The notes beneath the pieces were generated by a model. That model was not told the DNA's origin and ran no database searches. It was given only the letters and a program-made list of their open reading frames with translations. Made by a program: the position numbers and the translations under genes. Positions 34,885 to 42,300 of a stretch of 42,300 nucleotides of DNA are shown here, piece by piece. This stretch comes from Candidatus Pacearchaeota archaeon. GTDB lineage: Archaea > Nanobdellota > Nanobdellia > Pacearchaeales > GW2011-AR1. Each line of letters begins with the position of its first letter. Position 1 is the first letter of the stretch. The stretch lies in contig JAGVXK010000008.1 in assembly GCA_018303825.1 (NCBI GenBank), positions 1 to 42,300 on the forward strand, read 5' to 3'.

Positions 34885-35013
34885 CTAATCTTCGCCTTCT
34901 AAATCACCTTCAGGTTCATCGTCCAAATCGTCTTCAAATAAGTCACTGTCCAGGTTATCTTCATCCAGCTCCTCATCCTCTTCTATTTCTTTGCCCACTT
35001 TTCTGCCCCTCAT
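34885..35013 (-). CDS. Acidic microprotein, 42 aa (not in the ORF track)
   Basis: MRGRKVGKEIEEDEELDEDNLDSDLFEDDLDDEPEGDLEGED; TTTAAATA promoter at 35056-63 and a T-rich tract after the stop. Confidence 0.65.
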   Translation of the reverse strand: MRGRKVGKEIEEDEELDEDNLDSDLFEDDLDDEPEGDLEGED

Positions 35014-35261
35014 TTTTTTAAACTAAGTTTAGTTATCGCTGGGAGAAAGAAGAGGTATTTAAATTTTATGGCTCTGATGAATTTCTGCATTTTTCAGGTT
35101 TTTCAGGCTTAAACATAGGTTTAAAAATGTTTGTTTTCTGATGAATTAATGAGAAAGAATATAAGAAGAAAAAGAAGGGAAAGAAAGCTAATGATGAAAT
35201 TAAGAAAGAAATAGAAATAAGGATAAATAAGGTTTAAATAGTTATATTTGCTGTTTTCTCG

Positions 35262-36167
35262 ATGAAAAGAATGTTGGTCATTGTGCTTGCTTTGGTCTTG
35301 TTAATAGGAATATTTGGTTTTGTTATGGCTAAAGAAGGGGTTAATAGAAATATGAATTCTGGTGCGAATGGCGAAGACATTAATGATGACTTGAATGAAT
35401 TGAACAATAACGATAAGGGCAAAGATGGGGCTGAAAGAGAAGTAGAAGTTGAACGTGAAGGAAATAAAACAAAGTTCAAAATAATGCAAAAGATAAAAAA
35501 TGAGAGTGGAGAATTTAAAATTAAAATAAAAGGAAGTAATATAGATGCATTGTCAGATTTGAATATATCTATAGGAAATAGTTCTCTTGGAGAGATTTTG
35601 AGAGTTTATTTGTCTAATGGTAGTCTTATTGATATACAAATAATGCCCGATGATGCATCAGGGATTTTGATAAATAAAATGAAAGTCAGGTGCGCAAGGA
35701 ATGGATGTGTAGTCAAATTGAAAGAAAATAATGGAAATAAAGTGGTTTACAAGTTAGAGTATGAGGAAGAATATAAGTTTTTCTTTTTTTTCAAAAGAAA
35801 GACGAACGCAACAATAGAAATTGATGCTCACAATGGAAGTATCCTGAATGTAACTGCTAGGAAAGTTACAATATGCCATAAACCAGGAAAGATAAATAAC
35901 ATCATAACCATTTCAAAGAATGCGCTGAAGGCGCATTTAGCTCATGGAGATTACATTGGAGCTTGCACAAACCGAACGATAGTTCCACCAACAAATAATA
36001 CAAATGTTACAATTCCGCCAGTTAATAACACGAATGTAACCACTCCTTCGATTAACGATACTAATATGACTAATCCTGTTGTCAATAACACGAATGTCAC
36101 AATTCCGGAGCAGAATAACACAAATGTAACCCTCATAAATAATACTGATTCTAGTCAAGACAGTTAA
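35262..36167 (+). CDS. Secreted protein with an ICH...HGD...C domain and a sequon-repeat tail
   Basis: Signal peptide; KVTICHKPG...AHLAHGDYIGAC; five 10-aa NNTNVT repeats. Confidence 0.75.
   Translation: MKRMLVIVLALVLLIGIFGFVMAKEGVNRNMNSGANGEDINDDLNELNNNDKGKDGAEREVEVEREGNKTKFKIMQKIKNESGEFKIKIKGSNIDALSDLNISIGNSSLGEILRVYLSNGSLIDIQIMPDDASGILINKMKVRCARNGCVVKLKENNGNKVVYKLEYEEEYKFFFFFKRKTNATIEIDAHNGSILNVTARKVTICHKPGKINNIITISKNALKAHLAHGDYIGACTNRTIVPPTNNTNVTIPPVNNTNVTTPSINDTNMTNPVVNNTNVTIPEQNNTNVTLINNTDSSQDS
35994..36137 (+). repeat. 30-nt degenerate tandem repeat x5 (NNTNVTxPxx)
   Basis: AAYAAYACNAATGTNAC units at a 30-nt period. Confidence 0.85.
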
Positions 36168-36176
36168 ATAGACGGA

Positions 36177-36416
36177 TTAAACAGCTTCTATATCATCTTC
36201 ACTGACTGAGCAATAGGCAATTATGTTGCCTTTCTTGTCTTCTATCTGGACATGATATTGCCCATTGGGAAGGATGATGTTGATTCTGCCCTGCATGCCT
36301 GCGATTATTGCAGGTTTTTTCTCTTCATCTTCAAGCTCTTCATGATATTCAATATACTCCCTGTCTGGGTCTCTTAATAATTTTACTTTTTGATGCTTCT
36401 TAAATTTAGTATTCAT
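36177..36416 (-). CDS. Hypothetical small protein (SH3-like beta pattern)
   Basis: 79-aa ORF; the fold guess is weak. Confidence 0.55.
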   Translation of the reverse strand: MNTKFKKHQKVKLLRDPDREYIEYHEELEDEEKKPAIIAGMQGRINIILPNGQYHVQIEDKKGNIIAYCSVSEDDIEAV

Positions 36417-36457
36417 AATTTAATTATATCTTTATGATATTTAAATGATTCTTTTAT

Positions 36458-36745
36458 TTATTTCCATCCAGAATTGAACTTACCAACAACATATTCAATG
36501 GAATGGCATATGGGCTTGACTATCTGTTCTTCTAATTTTTCTTTCGCTAGAGCGAGAGTTGGAGAACGCGAAGCACAATATGCGAACAAAGAGAGAATAA
36601 TTGGGAACGCAAATACTTTTAGATAAAAACTTCTAGAATTGTGCCTGCAACTATCTATTATTTCCCTTGCTTTTTCTTTTGGCAACGGGCCATAAATAAG
36701 ACTTTCGGCATATCTTTCTTTGTCACTATTTGCTCCTTCCCTCAT
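36458..36745 (-). CDS. Hypothetical protein
   Basis: 95 aa, one hydrophobic segment; 1 nt from the upstream gene. Confidence 0.5.
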   Translation of the reverse strand: MREGANSDKERYAESLIYGPLPKEKAREIIDSCRHNSRSFYLKVFAFPIILSLFAYCASRSPTLALAKEKLEEQIVKPICHSIEYVVGKFNSGWK

Positions 36746-36746
36746 A

Positions 36747-36998
36747 TTATTTTTTTCTCGGATTGCTTTTCTTTCTGTTATTTAATTTTATCTCTGAAAA
36801 CAGGAAGATATATAGAATTTCAAAAATACCCAATGTATTGATTATTAGCAATGTTATAAACCAGATTGGCTGATTCATTCTGGCAGATTTCCATAGAGCA
36901 AGCGCCTTCCAAATTAAAGACCAGACTAGGGCTATTCCCAATAAATACAATGGAATCCCTAATTGAAAGGACAACTGATTCATAATGTTTTCCACCAT
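36747..36998 (-). CDS. DUF5652-like small membrane protein
   Basis: WSLIWKALALWKSAR...WF...NTLGIFEILY. Confidence 0.8.
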   Translation of the reverse strand: MVENIMNQLSFQLGIPLYLLGIALVWSLIWKALALWKSARMNQPIWFITLLIINTLGIFEILYIFLFSEIKLNNRKKSNPRKK

Positions 36999-37192
36999 TT
37001 TTTTGTTAATAATTGGTCATATATAAAATTATGTATAAAAAAAGAGCATTAATACCGTGATTATTTTTTATCTTTAGGTTAAAAATAATTTATCACTATA
37101 AAAATGATACAAATTTTTTTCTATTTTTTGCCGAGGATAAAAAATATTCAATAGAAATGTTTAAATATCCTAAACCCATCAAGAACTAGTAA

Positions 37193-37241
37193 ATACAATA
37201 AGTTGTGTTAATTTGATATTAAAGACCACAACGGGTTGTGT
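37193..37241 (+). promoter_or_regulatory. Tandem NrdR-box-like operators
   Basis: ATACAA-TAAG-TTGTGT (37193-208) and CCACAA-CGGG-TTGTGT (37226-41), 33 bp apart, downstream of TATA 37160-67. Confidence 0.65.
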
Positions 37242-37263
37242 TTAGAAACATATATAAAAAGAG

Positions 37264-37698
37264 ATGATATGCCCTTACTGCCTTCATGAAGAGACGAAAG
37301 TCGTGGATAAGAGAGATTTTGAAGGTGTAACTAAGAGAAGGCGAGAGTGCTTGAAATGCAGGAGGAGATTTAACACTATTGAGGCGGTTGAATCTGTCAG
37401 GCTAAGAGTAATTAAAAAAGATGGAAGCGGAGAGGATTTTGACAGGGAAAAAGTCCGAAAAGGAATAGAAAGGGCATGTGAAAAAAGACCTGTTGGGCAT
37501 GAAAAGATAGATAAAATGATTGCAAATGTTGAAGATAGGCTGAGAAAGATGGGGAAAGAAGTAAAAACAGGAGTCATCGGAGAGCTTGTTTCAAAAGAAC
37601 TGAAAAAGGTTGATAAGGTTGCTTACATAAGATTCGCTTCAGTATATAGGGAGTTTAAAGATATTGGAGATTTCAAAAAAGAGATAAAGGAGCTTTGA
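37264..37698 (+). CDS. nrdR: Transcriptional repressor NrdR
   Basis: CPYC...RRRECLKC..RF zinc ribbon, ATP cone, VAYIRFASVY. Confidence 0.95.
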   Translation: MICPYCLHEETKVVDKRDFEGVTKRRRECLKCRRRFNTIEAVESVRLRVIKKDGSGEDFDREKVRKGIERACEKRPVGHEKIDKMIANVEDRLRKMGKEVKTGVIGELVSKELKKVDKVAYIRFASVYREFKDIGDFKKEIKEL

Positions 37699-37778
37699 TA
37701 AAATAGATATTAGCAAGATTACATTCAACTAAATATAAAATTAAATACTAAAATAGGGGAAAAAGAGGATTTAAAAAA

Positions 37779-40730
37779 ATGGAAATGACAAGCAACATGA
37801 ACAATATGGATAAGGTTGACTGGAATAAATATGAACCGCAGTCAGGAACCAGCGAACTTGGTGTTTTTAGGATAGATAGATTCTTCACAAATGAGGGAAA
37901 GAGCCCGTTCGAATTTGATATATATGGGAATCCTATTAAATGGTTGGCAAAAGATGTTAAAGTTAGTGATGATTCTGGAAAAGTAATATTTACACAGCCA
38001 AGTGTTAAAAGACCTGATTTTTGGTCTTCTTTAGCAATCAAAGTTGTCGCAAGCAAATATTTTTGGGGAGACCAAGCAAAAAATGAAAGAGAAAATTCAA
38101 TTGAACAGCTCATAGGAAGAGTTGCCCGATTCTTTGAAAGGCAGGCGTTAAGACAGGGATACATGAATGAAATTCAGGCAAATATTTTCAAAGATGAGTT
38201 AACTGCTATCTGTTTAAATCAGCTTGCTGTGTTTAATTCTCCGGTCTGGTTTAATGCCGGAACAATAGAATATAACAAGGAAGCTGGAGGAGTTGTTCCA
38301 TATAAATGGGATTTTGCATTAAATAAAGTTGTTAACTCCAATAAAGGAGATGATAATCCTCAGTGCTCTGCTTGTTTCATTCAAGGAGTTGAGGATAATA
38401 TGGAAGCTATTCTTGCTTTGCAGACAGCAGAGGCAAATCTTTTCAAAGCTGGATCTGGAACTGGAAGTAATAGGTCCAACTTAAGAAGTTCAAAGGAAAA
38501 ATTGACTGGCGGAGGAAGAGCATCGGGACCTGTTTCGTTTATGAAAGGTTATGATGCCTATGCCGCGATAATAAAGTCTGGAGGAAAGACAAGAAGAGCT
38601 GCAAAAATGGAAATACTTAATGCAGATCATCCTGACATAATAGAATTCATTAATGCCAAGCAAAATGAGGAAAGAAAGGCTTGGGCCCTGATAGAACAGG
38701 GATATTCTGGAGGATTGAATGGAGAGGCATATAACAGCGTGGCTTTTCAAAACTGCAACATGAGCGTAAGGGTTCCTGATGGATTTATGGAAGCAGTTCA
38801 AAGTGATGGGGAGTGGCAAACAAAATATGTTAAAAACAAAGAAATTTGTGAAACTTTCAAAGCAAAAGATATTTTAAACAAAATTGCAGAAGGAACCTGG
38901 ATATGCGGAGATCCCGGGATGCAGTTTGATACAATTATAAACAAATATCATACCTGTAAGTTTTCCGGAAGAATAAATGCAAGCAATCCATGCTCAGAAT
39001 ATGTCTTTCTTGATGACACCGCCTGCAATTTAGCATCTATTAATTTAATGAAATTCAGAACTGAAAATGGATTTGATGCTGAAAAGTATAAAAAAGTTGT
39101 AAAGTATTTTATAGCTGCAATGGAATTGGCTGTAGATGGGAGCAGTTATCCAACAGAGAAGATAGCAAAGAACTCTCATGATTTTAGACCTCTTGGTTTG
39201 GGATATGCAAATTTGGGGGCATTGCTTATGAGCCTTGGATTGTCATATGACAGCGAAGAGGGAAGAGCAGTTGCTGCTGCAGTAACAGCAATAATGTGTG
39301 GGGAAGCATACAAAACCAGCGCTGAGTTAGCTTCTCTTGTCGGTCCATTTCCAAGATTTGAGGAAAATAGAAAACCTATGCTTGAAGTAATGAACTTGCA
39401 TAGAGATGCTGTAAAGAAGATAGATGTTTTGAAAATGCCTGAAAATCTAAGATATCTTGTGAATGAGGCTTGGGATTCTTGGAGCGAAGCAATTGAACTT
39501 GGAGAAAAATATGGGTATAGAAATGCGCAGGCAACTGTACTGGCTCCTACTGGAACTATCGCCTTTATGCTCGATTGTGACACAACGGGAATAGAACCCG
39601 ATATTGCATTAGTAAAATATAAGATACTTTCAGGAGGAGGAATGTTAAAGATAGTTAACAAATCTGTGCCATTGGCGTTGAAAACTCTTGGATATGATAA
39701 TTTTAAAGTTAAAGAGATTATAGATTACATAGATAAGAATGATACAATTGAAGGTTCTTCATTAGAAGATAAGCATCTTGGCATTTTTGATTGTGCATTC
39801 AAGCCAGCTAAGGGGAAGAGGTCAATTCCACACAGGGCGCATATTTTGATGATGGCAGTCACGCAGCCGTTCATTTCAGGAGCGATAAGCAAGACGATAA
39901 ACATGCCAGAGTATTCTACTGTAAGCGAGATTGCTGATGCATATGTATTCGCATGGGAGCAAGGATTGAAGGCAGTTGCTATCTACAGAGATAATTCCAA
40001 AAAGTCTCAGCCGTTAAACACCGCTAAGACTGAAAATGAAATGATGAAAAAGAAAGAATCTGTGAGGATTGAAAGGATTGAGAGAAAGAGAATGCCCCAG
40101 ACAAGAAAGTCTATAACTCATAAGTTTGAAATTGCAGGACATGAAGGATATCTCACAATTGGATTGCATGATGATGGAAAGCCGGGAGAGATTTTCATAA
40201 CAATGCACAAGCAAGGCTCTACAATAAGAGGATTAATTGATGCCTGGGCTACATCAATGTCACTGAATCTGCAATACGGAGCCACTGTGAATGACTTATT
40301 CAACAAATTCAGGCATCAAAAGTTTGAGCCTTCAGGTTTTGTCAAAAATCCTGTTGGGGGAGAACTAGACAAACAGATAATGAGAATAACATCAACTACA
40401 TCTATTGTTGACTATGTCTCCCAGTTTATGCTTAACAATTTCGGTGAAGGAGCAAAGAAAATAAATGTGGAAATAAAACAGCTTGAACCGCAGATGGAAA
40501 CACAATTGTCAATCAAGGATTTCAATGAAGGAAACAAAGTTGATAAAGAATTCAAAGACCTTGAGGAGATGGAAATAGAAGAACTGGAAAATGAAAGCGG
40601 AAACGAAGTTAATTACTCTCACGAGGGCTTAGTCTGCCCGCATTGCGGTGGTCCAGCGAAAAGACTCGGCAATTGCGCTATATTCTGCACGATCTGCAAG
40701 CAGACAACAAGGTCTGGCTGCGGGGAATAA
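37779..40730 (+). CDS. nrdJ: Class II (adenosylcobalamin) ribonucleotide reductase
   Basis: NSPVWFN, QCSACF, GGKTRRAA, SNPCSEY, APTGT, GAISKT, C-terminal TSCPD domain and Cys cluster. Confidence 0.95.
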   Translation: MEMTSNMNNMDKVDWNKYEPQSGTSELGVFRIDRFFTNEGKSPFEFDIYGNPIKWLAKDVKVSDDSGKVIFTQPSVKRPDFWSSLAIKVVASKYFWGDQAKNERENSIEQLIGRVARFFERQALRQGYMNEIQANIFKDELTAICLNQLAVFNSPVWFNAGTIEYNKEAGGVVPYKWDFALNKVVNSNKGDDNPQCSACFIQGVEDNMEAILALQTAEANLFKAGSGTGSNRSNLRSSKEKLTGGGRASGPVSFMKGYDAYAAIIKSGGKTRRAAKMEILNADHPDIIEFINAKQNEERKAWALIEQGYSGGLNGEAYNSVAFQNCNMSVRVPDGFMEAVQSDGEWQTKYVKNKEICETFKAKDILNKIAEGTWICGDPGMQFDTIINKYHTCKFSGRINASNPCSEYVFLDDTACNLASINLMKFRTENGFDAEKYKKVVKYFIAAMELAVDGSSYPTEKIAKNSHDFRPLGLGYANLGALLMSLGLSYDSEEGRAVAAAVTAIMCGEAYKTSAELASLVGPFPRFEENRKPMLEVMNLHRDAVKKIDVLKMPENLRYLVNEAWDSWSEAIELGEKYGYRNAQATVLAPTGTIAFMLDCDTTGIEPDIALVKYKILSGGGMLKIVNKSVPLALKTLGYDNFKVKEIIDYIDKNDTIEGSSLEDKHLGIFDCAFKPAKGKRSIPHRAHILMMAVTQPFISGAISKTINMPEYSTVSEIADAYVFAWEQGLKAVAIYRDNSKKSQPLNTAKTENEMMKKKESVRIERIERKRMPQTRKSITHKFEIAGHEGYLTIGLHDDGKPGEIFITMHKQGSTIRGLIDAWATSMSLNLQYGATVNDLFNKFRHQKFEPSGFVKNPVGGELDKQIMRITSTTSIVDYVSQFMLNNFGEGAKKINVEIKQLEPQMETQLSIKDFNEGNKVDKEFKDLEEMEIEELENESGNEVNYSHEGLVCPHCGGPAKRLGNCAIFCTICKQTTRSGCGE

Positions 40731-40788
40731 TTTATTAATTATCTTCGAGAGAAATAATCAAAAAGACTAAAATTCTTTTTAACTTTTA

Positions 40789-41397
40789 TCACTCTTCTTT
40801 CCTCAATGGTATAAAGGCAAAACCTGGAAATTCTTTTTCTATTAACTTGGCATTTTCTTTCTTTATCTGAAATATTGATTGTTTTACTGCTGCAACTAAA
40901 ATTCCTCCTTCTGAAAGCTGCTCCACTAAATTATATGGAATTCTCATATCTGGACATGAAGCTGAAATAAGAATCCTGTCAAATGGAGCGAACTTTGGGA
41001 GTCCGAGGGAGCCTTCTTTGTTGAATATTTTTATCTTCTTGTCATCTCTCAATAAGTCTGAAGATTTTACTGCAAGCCTTTTTATTATTTCTATTCCATA
41101 AATCTCGCCTTCTTTTATTATCTCGCTTATCAAGGAAAGGGCATATCCGCTTCCAGAGCCAATCTCAAGAACTTTAATTTTTGGCTTTAACTCTAAAATG
41201 GAAAGCATAAAGGCTATTGTGGAGGGCTGTGAGATTGTTGAGCCAGATTCTATCGGCAATGCAATGTCATCATATGCATATGAAACTATATTTTCAGGGA
41301 GAAATTTCTCTCTCTTTATATTTGCAAATGCTGATAGTATCTCATCTGAATATCCCTGCTTTTTCAAACTCTCAAGCAGATTGTCTTTTTCCATCAT
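40789..41397 (-). CDS. pcm: Protein-L-isoaspartate O-methyltransferase
   Basis: YDDIALPI...TISQP...VLEIGSGSGY...APFDRI. Confidence 0.88.
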   Translation of the reverse strand: MMEKDNLLESLKKQGYSDEILSAFANIKREKFLPENIVSYAYDDIALPIESGSTISQPSTIAFMLSILELKPKIKVLEIGSGSGYALSLISEIIKEGEIYGIEIIKRLAVKSSDLLRDDKKIKIFNKEGSLGLPKFAPFDRILISASCPDMRIPYNLVEQLSEGGILVAAVKQSIFQIKKENAKLIEKEFPGFAFIPLRKEE

Positions 41398-41749
41398 TTA
41401 CCGACGAAGAAGAAGTATTAATAGTTATCGACGATAACTATTCTTGATTAAGCAGCATCCCAAAATAATCTTATTAAGATTGATATTTATTACATGTTGC
41501 CAATGACAATAATTATTTCAGCGATTGTTTTAATAGATGACATTAATTTCGTTCTAAATAACCAATAGCACATCATTTGGCAACAACCCTATAGAGCACC
41601 TTATCATCTAAATTGTTAATAGCAGGTAAGATAAAAGCGGTATTTAGAGAATTGATTTAGAATGTTATTTTAGACCATTACTATTTTATTATTTAACCTC
41701 TTGGAAATTATTACACAAAGTTTATAAGCATAATTTTTTAAAGGAAGAT

Positions 41750-42073
41750 ATGAAAGAGGAAAATATTATTGAGCTGACTGAAAGGAATTTTGATAAAACT
41801 GTTGCAAAGGGCAATTGGGTGATAGATTTCTGGGCTGCCTGGTGTGGTCCTTGCAGGATAATGGGGCCACATCTTAGAGAGGCAGCAAAAGAATTAAGGG
41901 GAAAGGTGAATTTTGCCAAAGTCAATGTTGAGGAAGAGAATGGACTAGCAAACAGGTTCCAGGTAATGTCAATTCCGACAACAATGTTCTTCAAAGACGG
42001 GGAGCAGGCGAATAGGGCTATTGGAGCAATGCGCAAAGAGAGCATTATTAAGATGGCAAAGGACAGCTTCTAA
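41750..42073 (+). CDS. trxA: Thioredoxin
   Basis: DFWAAWCGPC, SIPT. Confidence 0.95.
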   Translation: MKEENIIELTERNFDKTVAKGNWVIDFWAAWCGPCRIMGPHLREAAKELRGKVNFAKVNVEEENGLANRFQVMSIPTTMFFKDGEQANRAIGAMRKESIIKMAKDSF

Positions 42074-42225
42074 ATATCTTTTGCAAGGTTTTAAAAAGAA
42101 ATTCCATAATGTCTATAATTAAATCATGATGTTATAATCTTAGCATTTTTGTTGTTTAATATAACTTTCCATATTTTGATTAATAATAAATAGCTTTAAA
42201 AATTGTCCTTTGCTGTTAGAGTCAT

Positions 42226-42300
42226 GGCCTCGTAGCTCAGCCTGGTCAGAGCACTGGACTTTTAATCCAGGTGTCGAGGGTTCAAATCCCTTCGGGGCCA
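42226..42300 (+). tRNA. tRNA-Lys(UUU)
   Basis: GGCCTCG/CGGGGCC-A acceptor, CTGGA-CTTTTAA-TCCAG anticodon arm, GAGGG-TTCAAAT-CCCTT T-arm; TTTAAAAA promoter at 42195. Confidence 0.95.

Noticed and set aside
4421-42045. Numerous short overlapping or antisense ORFs in the track (e.g. 4421, 5258, 5668, 8070, 9245, 13837, 25837, 28207, 29239, 37748, 39176, 41722)
   Set aside because: Shadow frames of well-supported genes on the other strand or frame; Phe/Ser/Leu-rich antisense composition.

Overview
AT-rich archaeal chromosome segment, most consistent with a DPANN (Pacearchaeota/Woesearchaeota-like) genome. This is inferred from the archaeal r-protein and RNA polymerase genes, a BHB tRNA intron, TTTAAATA-type promoters, dense gene packing and many tiny ORFs. 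Core genes: ileS, cysS, rpl18e-rpl13-rps9, rpl21e-rpo4-DUF655-rps13-rps4-rps11-rpo3, XerA, TatD, TrmB, an IscS-type desulfurase, nrdR-nrdJ, pcm, thioredoxin and three tRNAs (Leu-UAA with a 58-nt intron, Leu-AAG, Lys-UUU). Accessory or unexpected genes: bacterial-type citramalate synthase, class-2 pyrD, a B12 radical SAM enzyme, a surface subtilase, the right end of an IS200 element, and a decayed 1.96-kb transposon with inverted repeats and a 9-bp target duplication. The strongest unannotated signals are: (1) an Ile-rich 22-codon leader peptide plus hairpin in front of cimA-ileS, a candidate archaeal amino-acid attenuator; (2) a ~280-nt structured RNA followed by a very basic microprotein; (3) a tRNA-Leu with an A34 anticodon and a self-complementary leader; (4) a 53-nt-periodic chain of coupled mini-ORFs before a CBS gene; (5) the cargo-carrying transposon. 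All calls were made by eye and no database searches were run.
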